The notes beneath the pieces are model-generated. The model had not been told where the DNA came from. It searched no databases and saw only the letters and a list, made by a program, of their open reading frames with translations. Both the position numbers and the translations under genes were made by a program. From the NCBI GenBank assembly GCA_038087875.1, contig CM075990.1:14262001-14326000 (forward strand): a stretch of 64,000 nt of DNA. The letters are read 5' to 3'. Source of the DNA: Malacoraja senta. Its lineage: Eukaryota. Below are positions 35,969 through 47,905 of the stretch, in pieces (position 1 is the first letter of the stretch; each line of letters begins with the position of its first letter).

Positions 35969-37834
35969 CATATATTTTTAAATGTTTTGCAGCTGCTTAT
36001 TCATGGCTGTGTTCATCATAAACATTTGGAAACCGTGTAAAAGGGCATGGTGGGCATAAGATGTCATCGCGGGGTCTTGGTTTCCACCACCTGTGGCATA
36101 ACTGGTGCTCGAGTCAGGGTGTCAGGGGTTATGGGAAGAAGGTGGGAGAATGGGGTTAAATGGGAGAGATAGATCAGCCATAATTGAATGGAACACTTGG
36201 AATGGAACACTTTATTGTCATGTGACAAGACAGTGATATTCTTTGCTTGTATTCCCAATTGGTACAAATAGCTGCCACCTATGATGCTGGCAAAGTTACA
36301 AAGTACACCGGCTCTTTTTGTTCCTCCCCCCTCACGGCGGTCCTCCCACGCCACGTTCCCATTGTCCTTTGTTTTCCCTTCCTCCCCAATGTCCATTGTT
36401 CTTCTCCACCACTCACGGCATTCCCCCCACGCCGGGTCCTCCATTGTTCTTCCCTCCCCTCATGGTGGCCCTCCACGCTCTCATCAACTATCGACTGTCG
36501 ACCCGCGAGGCATGATGGGCCGAATGGCCAAATTCTGCTCTTATCACTTCTGCACACACCCCAGGGGAAGGGGCTGCAGCAGCAAGTCAAACTTTAAGGA
36601 AGAAGTGGGACAAGTTAAATAAGATGGCAGCTCCGAAGAAGGGTCTCGATCCAAAACGTCACCCATTCTTTCTCTCGATATGCTGCATGTCCGCTGAGTT
36701 ACTCCAGCGTTTTGTGTTTATCTTCTTTAAATAAGATGGCAGGCAGCATCTGGTGGAGACACCCCTCAAACAAGGAAGTGGCAAGGGTGCTTGGAATAAG
36801 GATAGTATGTGAACACTACCATAGAACACGAATAAATGTATAAACACTAAGAATATCAGAAGACTTTTTGTACTGTTCTTTTTTAGTATATGTTTTTTAT
36901 TATTCTGAATAATGCTTATTTTGGGGAAACGAATGATGGTAGACACTCCAGAAGCACAGTCTAGGGTCCTTCCACTGCTGAACATTGAGGGGCAGAGTCT
37001 AGCGGAAACCCCCCCCAAGGGCAGGGTATAACCTCACGGAGGCTACAAGGGTATTTTGTTTAAAGATAGGTGTGAACACTACAAAAGTATGAATCAAGGG
37101 AATCAAAATACGGAATCAAGGGATATGAGGGAAAGCAGCAATGAAGAACTGATTTAGGATGATCAGCCATGATCGTATTGAATGGCGGTGCTGGCTCGAA
37201 GGGCTGAATAGCCTATTTTCTATGTTTCTATGACACCATCCAATGTATAGGCACTGAGAATTAGTTTTTGCAGTCTTTGGTTTTGTATATATTTTTTCTT
37301 CTGCACATAGTTTATTTTTGGGGGAAACAATGGCAGGCGTTCCATGAAAGGTAAACTGAAGACATCGACATGGTCTTGCACAAAGCTTGAGAAGTTAAAT
37401 GCTACTTCTGTTTATATTCTTAAACTTAGACTTACCTCTCCTCCCACATCCATTCTCAATCCATTTACTCAATCAAGAAAATCAATGCGATTATAACCGT
37501 GCTAACTGAACAAGGTGAAGTGTTCACATCAGAAATACCCGAGTTGCCATGGAAGCAATACTATTGCATTTCCATCCTCTCCCATTAGAAGTAACTAATC
37601 CCTTGATCATAATACACAGGGTAGCATAGAAGGAGCGGGAACAATGGGGGCACTATTCATAATCGGCAGCTTATCACAAAGGCAGAAACTTCAATGGCAA
37701 TTGAAGACTTGGATCGTTGATGTGGCTCTTCCATACCGTAGCAGATGGGAGGGTAATTAGGTGTTCGACTAATCCAATGAAATGATAGGAGGTTTACGTG
37801 GAGTTGAGGCTGGGTAGAGTTGGGTCAGATTACT

Positions 37835-38090
37835 GGGTTGCTCAACTGGTAGAGCTGCTATCTCACCAGCATACACGATCCAGGTTTGTTCGATCTGAAG
37901 AAGGCTTTCGGCCCAAAACGTTGCCCATTTCCTTCGCTCCAAAGATGCTGCTGCACCCGCTGAGTTTCTCCAGCACTTTTGTCTACCTTCGATCCTGACC
38001 TTGTGTGTTGTCTGTGTGGAGTTTGCACGTTCACCTTGTGACCGTGTAGGATTATTCCAGTTTCCTTCCACATCCCAAAGACATGCGGGC
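37835..38090 (+). mobile_element. V-SINE interrupted at its B box by a hammerhead-core repeat (~37895-37987)
   Basis: ...GTTCGAT|CTGAAGAAGGCTTTCGGCCCAAAACGTTG...GTCTACC|TTCGATCCTGACC; TTCGATC occurs on both sides. Confidence 0.8.
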
Positions 38091-38754
38091 TGAATGGCCT
38101 AATTCTATTCCTATTCCTTATGACAGTCACAACCTCAGACTAATAATGCGCAGTTTCAAAGATGTTGATAGCATTTCTAAATATTCCCGATTTATCACAA
38201 AACAATGGCCCAATCTCCTCAAATATTTTGGGAGGTGGAGATGGTGCCTGATGAACTAGAAAGTGAATCGCAAATTGAATTGGATTCCAAGTTATGGAAT
38301 GAAACAGTACAAATGTTGGCTGTTTTCCCAAGGGATTTCAAGGCAGCCATAGACTTGCTAAAGAGATCGAAGTGGACTAATTAAGCAGGCAATAAATTCA
38401 GGCAAGTTGTAATGGAGTGGCCTTTTGGGACTGGGAGTTTGCAGATGACACTAATGTGTGTGGTATCATAGAGTGAAGATCGTTATCAGAAATTACAGCA
38501 GGATCTAAATCTGAGCAATAGTTAATGGAGTTTAATCCAGAAAAGTGCATGGTAATTTTTTTTGAAGATATTTGAGGATATGGTTGGTTAAATGGACAAT
38601 GGTAGTGGTACATTTAGAACTTCAGAAGGTATGATATTAGTGTAGTATACTGCTGGCTATTGAGAATTGGCTGACAGGTAGAAACCAAGGATTGGGATTG
38701 ATTACACAGGAACCCTGATTATTCAGTCTTCTTCAACTGGTTGGATGAGGCAGC

Positions 38755-38888
38755 GGGGTGGAAGATGGCAACCTTCACATGGTCCGCCCTGTTTCGACGA
38801 ATGCAATCAACCTGGCGTGCACTATCAAGTAAGATCAAATAGAACAAGTTGTCCTCCAACTTTAGGCAGTGCACGCCATACGCAAGAA
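38755..38888 (+). mobile_element. Short (AAG)n-tailed retroposon with 11-bp TSD
   Basis: TSD GATGAGGCAGC at 38744-38754 and 38889-38899; second copy at 49965-50085. Confidence 0.82.
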
Positions 38889-39059
38889 GATGAGGCAGCC
38901 AAATATCACATTCCAATTTCACTGATGATATAAAACTTGGGAAATGTTTGAGCAGTGAGAAGGATGTAATGGGATAGAAACAAGCTGAGTGTGTGGGCCA
39001 GAACATAACAGAAGGAATACAATATGGCAATGTGAGGTCATCTACTGTGCACACAAAAC

Positions 39060-39695
39060 AAGTTTAAATTGCTTTATTGTTGTGTACACTAAGATACAGT
39101 GAAAAGCTTTTGTTTGCATGCTATGCAATTAAATCAGGTAATACAGTACATAAATACAAGCAAGCCAAACACAAGCACAATAGGTAGAGAGAGGAGAAAC
39201 ATGCATAGTGCAGCATACAGTTTCTCAACATTGTAGCATAATCATTTCTGAGAAAAAGTCCAATGTTCACAATGATGTTGGTTGAAAATTAGGAAATGTA
39301 TCCTAGCTTCTGGAAGGACCGTTCAGAAGTCAAGTAACAGGGGAAGGAGCTGTTCCCAAGTCTGAAAGTACACAATTTCAAGCTTTTGTATCCTCTTTGT
39401 GGTGGGAGCAGGGAAAAGTGGAAATGACAAGGGTGGAAAAGGTCTTTGATTATGTTGGCTGCTTTCCCAAGGGAGTGAAGTGTAGATGTAGCCAATGGTG
39501 GGAAGTCTGGTCTGTGTGCTGGAGTGATCCACAACTCTGCAATTTCTCATGGTCTTGGGCAAAGCAATTCCAAAACCAAGCTGTGATACAACCCGGCAGT
39601 ACGTTTTCAACAGTAGAAGTTGGTAAGAGTCTTTAGATTAATGTCAAATATCCTTTGTCTTCTGAGGAAGTAGAAACGTTGATATGCTTTTTTGG
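39060..39695 (-). mobile_element. Old Rex1/Babar 3' fragment
   Basis: Reverse strand reads LGKAANIIKDLFHPCHFHFSLLPPQRGYKSLKLCTFRLGNSSFP. Confidence 0.75.
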
Positions 39696-40640
39696 TGATG
39701 ATGGAATTCAGTGGCTCAAATATGTCCTTCATCTAAATCCATTCTGCGCTTTATCCCAATAAGGCAGTTTCAATTATGTCAATGTACAAATTGGATGCCT
39801 GGACCATTGTCCTGGTGATTCTGGCTACCATCATAATGATCTGCCCGACAGTACTGCCGACTGTTGTTGTGGTGATCTGGAGGATGAAGTGTAGCACGGC
39901 CATCTTGCTGGAGGGAGCAATACGAAGCAGGATCCATCCACTCCTTTCTGAATACTTGAGGTTATTTTCAACACGGCACCCATCTCGAATGGGTAGGGCA
40001 GTGCCTCGTACTCTGGATCAAACCCAGCTGTAAAAGATAGAAGAGTTTATGGGCCATTCTTTGAAAAGTGAAACAAAAATGTCACACGTGGCCAGACGGC
40101 ATCACATAAAGTGATACATTAAAAAAAAAATCTTGCAAGAGATTAATCTTATTCATTGCTGTTTTCCTACCTACAGAACTATAATGCATGTCTGCTAAGG
40201 ATATGAACATTCTAGCTTTTTAAAATTTAGTTTGTAAGATAAAACTGAGTTATGGAAAAAAAATGCTTCCGTGTGAGATCACACACATGACCAGCCATGT
40301 TTGACCTCTGACCCTAAACAACATTGTCAGCATAACATAAAAATTTCTCTTGATAAACTTTCAAAAAAAGAATCATATATACACAGTATGAAACAATATA
40401 CCTGTAATGCTTTCAGAATTAGAAGAGACGCATTCCCACAATTTTTCATATTTTTGGTCACACACGTGACTAAGAATGGGCCTTGTGTGAATAATAGATC
40501 TCATTTGAAGTAAAGCATTTTGTTTCTATTTTAAAGAATCGCAATGTTGGTTCAATAATTAATGTATGGAGTCTTTTTACCAAGGTAAGATCATCAAGAA
40601 CTACACTTCATAGTCAGTCATACAGCATGGAAACCCTTCA

Positions 40641-40734
40641 GTCTGAAGAAGGGTTTCGGCCCGAAACGTTGCCGATCTCCTTCGCTCCATAGATGCTGCT
40701 GCACCCGCTGAGTTTCTCCAGCATTTTTGTGTAC
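40641..40734 (+). mobile_element. Solo hammerhead-core repeat (core 40643-40670) inserted in a CR1-type tail
   Basis: CTGAAGAAGGGTTTCGGCCCGAAACGTT; CAGCATGGAAAC is duplicated on both sides. Confidence 0.82.
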
Positions 40735-41017
40735 CAGCATGGAAACATGCCCTTCAGTCCAACTAGTCTGTGCTGACCAAGATGTCCTATCTAAATTAGT
40801 CCAATTTGCTTGCATTTGGCTCATATCCCTCTAAACCTTTCCAATGCATGTACCTGTCCACATATCTTTTAAACTATAGGTTGCAGGTGAGAGGGGAAAA
40901 AGCAATGGGGAACTGAGGGACAGGTTTTTCCCACTTAGAGAGTGGATGGTATAAAGAACGAGCTGCCAGGGAAAGTATTTGAGGGACAATAACATTTCAA
41001 AGATACTTGGACAGGTA

Positions 41018-43474
41018 ACATAGAAACATAGAAAATAGGTGCAGGAGTAGGCCATTCGATATGATCATGGCTGATCATCCAACTTAGTATCCCATCCCTG
41101 CCTTCTCTCCATACCCCCTGATCCCTTTAGCCACAAGGGCCACATCTAACTCCCTCTTAAATATAGCCAATGAACTGGCCTCAACTACCTTCTATATAAC
41201 CATATAACCATAACCGCACGGAAACAGGCCATCTCGGCCCTTCAAGTCCGTGCCAAACACTTTTTTTTCTCTCTTCCCCCTAGTCCCATCTACCTGCACT
41301 CAGACCATAACCCTCCATTCCTTTCCCATCCATATACCCATCCAATCTATTTTTAAAGGATAACATCGAACCTGCCTCCACCACTTCCACTGGAAGCTCA
41401 TTCCACACAGCTACCACTCTCGGAGTAAAGAAGTTCCCCCTAATGTTACCCCTAAACTTCTGTCCCTTAATTCTCAAGTCATGTCCCCTTGTTTGAATCT
41501 TCCCTACTCTCAATGGGAAAATCTTATCCACGTCCACTCTGTCTAACCCGCTCATAATTTTAAAGACCTCTATCAAGTCCTCTTAACCTTCTGCGCTCCA
41601 AAGAATAAAGACCTAACTTGTTCAACCTTTCTCTGTAACTTAGTTGCTGAAACCCAGGCAACATTCTAGTAAATCTCCTCCGTATTCTCTCTATTTTGTT
41701 GACATCCTTCCTATAATTTGGCGACCAAAATTGTACTCCATACTCCAGAATTGGCCTCACCAATGCCTTGTACAATTTTAACATTACATCCCAACTTCTA
41801 TATTCAATGCTCTGATTTATAAAGGCCAGCACACCAAAAGCTTTCTTTACCACCCTATCTACATGAGATTCCACCTTCAGGGAACTATGCAGTTATTCCT
41901 AGATCCCTCTGTTCAACTGCATTCCTCAATTCGCTACCATTTACCATACGTCCTATTTTGATTTGTCCTGCCGAGATGTAGCACCTCACATTTGTCAGCA
42001 TTAAACTCCATCTGCCATCTTTCAGCCCACTCTTCCAAATGGCCTAAATCTCTCTGTAGACTTTGAAAATCTACTTCATTATCCACAACACCCCCTATCT
42101 TAGTATCATCTGCATACTTACTAATCCAATTTCCACACCATCATCCAGATCATTGATGTACATGACAAACAACAGTGGACCCAACACAGACCCCTGAGGC
42201 ACCGCACTAGTCACCGGCCTCCAATCTGACAAACAGCCATCCACCATTACTCTCTGGCATCTCCCATTCAGCCACTGTTGAATCCATCTTGCTACTCCAC
42301 CATTAATACCCAACAATTGAATCTTCTTAACCAACCTTCCATGAGGAACCTTGTCAAAGGCCTTACTGAAGTCCATATAGACAACATCCACTGCTTTACC
42401 CACATCAATTTCCCTAGTAACCTCTTCGAAAAATTCTGCCTCTTCTGTGGCAAAGAATTCCACAGATTCACCACCCTGTGTAAAAAATTATTTTCTCATC
42501 TCGGTCCTAAAAGACTTCCCTCTTATCCTTAAACTGTGACCCCTAGTTCTGGACTTCCCCAACATCGGGAATAATCTTCCTGCATCTAGCCTGTCCAACC
42601 CCTTAAGAATTTTGTACGTTTCTATAAGATCCCCCCTCAATCTTCTAAATTCTAGCGTGTACAAGCCGAGTCTTTCCAGTCTTTCTTCATATGAAAGTCC
42701 TGCCATCCCAGGAATCAGTCTGGTGAACCTTCTCTGTACTCCCTCTATGGCAAGAATGTCTTTCCTCAGATTAGGAGACCAAATCTGTACGCAATACTCC
42801 AGGTGTGATCTCACCAAGACCCTGTACAACTGCAGTAGAACCTCCCTGCTCTTATACTCAAATCCTTTTGCTATGAATGCTAACATACCATTTGCTTTCT
42901 TCACTGCCTGCTGCACCTGCATGCCTACTTTCAATGACTGGTGTACCATGACACCCAGGTCTCGTTGCATCTCCCCTTTTCCTAATCGGCCACCATTCAG
43001 ATAATAGTCTACTTTCCTGTTTTTGCCACCAAAGTTGATAACCTCACATTTATCCACATTATACTGCATCTGCCATGCATTTGCCCACTCACCCAGCCTA
43101 TCCAAGTCACCTTGCAGCCTCCTCACAGCTAACACTGACCCCCAGCTTCGTGTCATCCGCAAACTTGGAGATGTTGCATTCAATTCCCTCATCCAGATCA
43201 TTAATATATATTGTAAATAGCTGGGGTCCCAGCACTGAGCCTTGCGGTACCCCACTAGTCACTGCCTGCCATTCTGAAAAGGACCAGTTTACTCCTACTC
43301 TTTGCTTCCTGTCTGCCAGCCAGTTCTCTATCCACATCAATACTGAACCCCCAATACCATGTGCTTTAAGTTTGCATACTAATCTCTTGTGGGACCTTGT
43401 CGAAAGCCTTCTGAAAGTCCAGATATAACACATCCACTGGTTCTCCCTTATCCACTCTACTCGTTACATCCTCG
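41018..43474 (-). mobile_element. CR1 LINE (RT to 3' tail) split by a nested CR1; parts at 41018-41193 and ~42440-43474
   Basis: [24 protein letters not shown]...KFADDTKLG...HLEYCVQIWSP. The sequence ACTACCTTCT|GTGGCAAAGAATTCC resumes across the nested insert. Confidence 0.92.
41194..42435 (-). mobile_element. Nested CR1 LINE of a different subfamily
   Basis: [20 protein letters not shown]...[20 protein letters not shown]...LEYGVQFWSP, frameshifted; (ATGGTT)n tail. Confidence 0.92.
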
Positions 43475-44447
43475 ATGTAATTAGTACATGGATAGAAAAG
43501 GTTTGGAGGGATATGAACCAAACGCAAGTAATGAGACTAGTTTAGATGGGTTATCTCGGTTGACAGGGTCAAGTTGGGCCAAAGGGCCTATTTATGTGCT
43601 TCATGACTGTACAAATTATTGTTAGCTGGTGCACAATTATAAACATAATAGATAATTGCTATGGATAGACAGACTCTGGCACCATCTAGTGACAAAAAGA
43701 TGGCCTGGTCTTGTTCAAATAAAATATCAGATGCAGCCAGTTAAAAAACTCAGTTCGGTTCCTAAAGTCATGCGTTCACTGAGCACGAATCTACTGAAGC
43801 AACAGATTTCATGAAAGACATCTCAAAATATTAGGGATTGTTCTTTAATCAACATTGATTATGATGTTTCCTGATGGGCTGAAATTTCCAGCATTTTTGT
43901 TTTTATATTTCCAGTATTTGCCCTTTTTTGTTCAAATGTACCTCTAATATCCCCTGCTAATGCTAGACAGACTGAAGAAGGGTCACAACCCACAATGTTG
44001 GCTGACCATTTCTTTCATAGAGGCTTGCACGACCCATTGAGCAACACATTTTGTTTTTTGATCAAGGTTCCAGCATCTGCAAATTCCTGTGACTCTAAAT
44101 TACCGTGTACAGTTTGACATTTAATGACTGGGGCCAGCTGAAAAATAAAGACCTTTGATGCCTGCAACTTGCATTTATATAATTGAGATCTTCAAGAAAA
44201 TGTCAGCTTGTGTACAATTGTTTCACATAAACCATGTTGTGTTAAGTTGTGTGAAACCTTCTACCAAGCCTGAGGCTCAATTCCCAGCCCAAACTTTGCA
44301 TCTTTTGTTACGAAACACTACAAATAGAGAAATAGAACATCCATACAAAATACATGTAAATGGCAGACTTGGCGAGTACGTTTTTTCTGGTGATTTCTAA
44401 AAGACTCTGTCAGTGAGGAATAAATTACTCTTTTTGGTAGCTCTTAC

Positions 44448-44602
44448 CAGAGGCTTTGTTGGAATGAGCGAGGGTACATTGCAGATGCTCTGGATCTCTT
44501 AGGGCAAGAAGGCAACTGTCAGTGCGCAGATTGGCCAGGTTAGGCTCATTGGTCCACAGAATGTCCACGATAGCCAAGATCTGAGAGCAGGGGTCCATCA
44601 AT
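44448..44602 (-). other. Exon-like module with paralogous copies near 49.4 kb and 57.6 kb
   Basis: Acceptor tttttctttattaaag, donor CTG|gtaaga; one frame open (MDPCSQILAIVDILWTNEPNL...HSNKAS). Confidence 0.35.
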
Positions 44603-44842
44603 CTTTAATAAAGAAAAAACTTTAAAAACAAAATCAACAGTAAAGGCATCTAAATTAAACATATTTTTAAATTGAAAGTCTCTTTTTGAATGTAAATGTT
44701 AACACTTACATAAACGACTGGTGACCTCTGCTTGCCCAAGAAGGAGGGTTGAGGAGGAAGGTTACTGGGAGTGGATGTCCTCCGTATCCGTTGGGGACAT
44801 CGGAGCCAGAGACAGGGGCAAGGGCACAAGAGAGTCAGTGAA

Positions 44843-45137
44843 TTAGTTTAGTTTAGAGATACAGCTCAAAAACAGGGCGTTCGGCTCACCGAGTCTGTAC
44901 CGTACAGCGATCCCTGCACATTAACACTATTACACTATCACGCACAGTAGGAGCAATTTATAATTTTTACCGTACCCAATTAACCTACAAACTTGTACAA
45001 CTTTAGGTGTGGGAGTTAACCGAAGATCTCAGAGAAAACCGACGCAGGTCATGGGGAGAACGAACAAATTCCATAGAGAGCACCCGTACTCAGGATCGAA
45101 CCCGGGTCTCTTGTGCTGTAAGGCAGCAACTCTACCG
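44843..45137 (-). mobile_element. HE1-like V-SINE
   Basis: (TTTAG)n tail, V-domain, CAGGATCGAACCCGGGTCTC B-box region. Confidence 0.85.
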
Positions 45138-45229
45138 TTCATCGCTTGGTTGAGGCAGCAGTTGGCTGAGATCTGGAGATAGCAGATGTCGACAGCAGGT
45201 TTGTTGCTACAAATGTCAGATTTCCTCAC

Positions 45230-45780
45230 GATATTTGAGAAATATGATGACGATGTCATTTGGGTGACTTTTTTTGTTTTTTGCAGGGTTTCTTTGCAAC
45301 ACTGCAGAGCCGAAAAGCACACCTTTGAGCGACGTTCAATATTTGGATCATCTTCGTCAACAAGAACCAAAGCACTCTCAATGAAACGGAAACTTTGCTG
45401 TTTGATTTCAAATGACCCGAGCCTCTTCTTTCCTTCCTTATCTTCCTGCTCTTTTTTCAATTTCAAGCAAATCTTGAGGGGAAAGTTTTGTTTTAATGTG
45501 TGTCATAATTCCTGCATGTCTTAAAAACTCCACATCTTCAGAACCTACTTAGTCAAACTAATTTTTTTCCTCCGGTTTTAGATAAATCACTGTTAAATCT
45601 AATGCTTCTAAGGTAATGCACTAGACACGAGCATGGTTTTCTCAAACCCAGGTTGGATGAGAGATGTAGTGTTCTGGGGAAGATAAACAACTTTAATAAT
45701 TTCACAAAGATCTTGATGTAAGGGGCAATATCCACCATGAGTATGATTTTAGAAAGTACCTTGCTAGGCATCGCATGCAA
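45230..45780 (-). pseudogene. Tigger/pogo transposase remnant
   Basis: EDDPNIERRSKV...ALQCCKETLQKTKKVTQMTSSSYFS resembles the Tigger1 C-terminus; PQNTTSLIQP motif at ~45650-45680. Confidence 0.7.
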
Positions 45781-45991
45781 CTACGCTATCTGTCGTGCAT
45801 TATTTCAAAAATACGCGCGCATAAATAAGTTCATAGTCAGCTGACACTTTTGCCAAGGATAAGCTTCATTGCCAGAGATCCCTTGGCTTTCAGGTGTCGC
45901 TCTCATTTGTCCTAACTCCCATTGCCATTTGCTCATCTTCTTCATCTTGTGGAGTTTCGCTTCCCTCAGCTGTATCTTCGGACATCCTATT

Positions 45992-46404
45992 CATCAGCGG
46001 CCACTCGAAACGAGTATGACTGTCCTCTCCTCTCCATAGGGTCGTATTCCCTATATGGAGGACGCCTAAGCGTGACTTTGTTTAACGTAGGGAGACTGGT
46101 GCACAGACAGCCACCACACAGTCCTTAAAGAGATCTGGGTCAGGATCCAGTGGCATGGAGTCCAAGATGACCGGGGACCCTTTTCTGCTGTAGCCTTCAT
46201 CCGCCTTCCTAGCCGTTGTGACGCTCCACTAAAGTCAGCCATCATCCTCCGCCTGTTCCACCATTGAGGACTTGGTTGGATTGCTCTGACAGGGACGTCT
46301 TCCTCGGCCTTACCGCCATGGGTGGCCCTACCAGGAGCATAGCTCCAGACGGCATCGCTCTCAAGATCACACAAGCTTCTCCACCACGACAACGTGACAA
46401 TCCA
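45992..46404 (-). mobile_element. Non-coding RTE-derived (bipartite-type) short element with 13-bp TSD
   Basis: 5' end TGGATTGTCACGTTGTCGTGGTGGAGAAGCTTG...GGAGCTATGCTCCTGGTAGGGCCACCCA resembles RTE 5' UTRs; ends ...GCTGATG; TSD CGGACATCCTATT at 45979-45991 and 46405-46417. Confidence 0.75.
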
Positions 46405-47354
46405 CGGACATCCTATTATGTTTAAGTTAACATACACGGATCAGTTATACTGCATATGCCACAGCTAGGAGACATTATTGGCTTCAAACCATGGGTAGGT
46501 TTGTAGAACTTTCTTCAAGGGATCCATCAGTTTCTCCATCACTCTAGTTCTTCAGCCAAACTATTACAAACATCTCATACTCCTGATAGATTTAACACCT
46601 GGCACATTTAAAAGATGCAGGTTATAGCTACTGAAGAGGCATTGCATCCATCCCAAAACAGTATATGGATCACTCGTTACAACAGCATCACACAAGAACA
46701 AGCCTTTACGTGCAGGAACTACAGATGCTGGTTTAAATAGAAGATAGGCACAAAAAGCTGGAGCAACTCTGGAGAAAAGGAATAGATGGCATTTCGGGCC
46801 AAGACCGTTCTTCAGACTGGAGTCAGGAGAATGCGAAATGAGAGATAGATGGTGATGTAGAGGTACAGAACAAATTAATGAAAGGCATGCAAAGTTATGA
46901 TTATAAAGGAAGATGTTTGTTAGGTGAGAATGAGTTAGAGATTTTCTACATCACCATCTATATGTCTCGTTTCGCTTTCCCGACTCCCCAGTCTGAAGAA
47001 GGGTTGGACCCTTTTCTTCCGAGATGCTGTCTGACCCGCTGAGTTACTCCACCTTTTTATGTCTACCTTCAAGAGTTATGATCATCACCAACTTCTACCA
47101 CCTTTAGATGCTTGATCAAGCAGTCTCAAAGGCATATTGCTGCTGCACCTTACATTGTCACAAAATCATTACTAATGTCCTCCACAGTCTGAGGAACAAC
47201 TCGTCTATATAACACTCCCGTGCTTTGTAACCAAGTACCACAAATAGAAAACTCAGATACCAAACATTTCTCTCTTACTAGCAGAGTAAAGCATCCAATG
47301 CTATTGCACAGGGGAGACCACCCTAGATCTCTATTGCCAATATTTCCAGATACT

Positions 47355-47905
47355 TGAATGAATGATACTTTGTCACATGTGACAAGTCAGTGATATTCTT
47401 CATACCCAAGGTATGCAAAGAGTCACCACATAAATGGTGCCGACAAAGTTACAAGTATTCCATTTTACACAATCCATTTTTAACACATTCCATTTGTAGT
47501 CCCCCTACGTTCCTAGCGGTTCTCCCACGCAGGGTCCTCCTTCGTTCTCCGAGGCATGTCTTCTTTGGATTTCCCTCTTGGTGGTCCCACAACGCCAGAT
47601 TCTCCTTTGTTCCGGCACCCACCGCCGACTCCTTACTCCACTTCGACCGCCGGCACAACCTTCTTGCCGACCGCTGACCCGACCTCCTCGCAAACCACCA
47701 GCCCAAATTCTATCGTCGCCGGGTCCACTCTTGAGGGCTCCGTGGCTACGACCCAGAGTCCGGCCACAGGGATGCGTCGCCCAGCTTCTCCCACCGCTCG
47801 TGGCTTCCTGGGAGGTGTCTGTTCTGTTCTGTTTTGATGCCTTGGGTTTCCCAGCAACGTCTCGGTGGTTCCCCACGCCGGCTCCTCCTTTGTTCTCAGC
47901 GGCAC
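47355..47905 (-). mobile_element. Non-autonomous retroposon with Rex1-type tail; related copy at ~36190-36505
   Basis: Both copies share TGTCA..TGTGACAAG.CAGTGATATTCTT...CAAAGTTACAA and a C-rich body. Confidence 0.55.

Noticed and set aside
39776..40033. 85-aa hydrophobic + strand ORF
   Set aside because: No recognisable family or gene context; splice signals favour the opposite strand.
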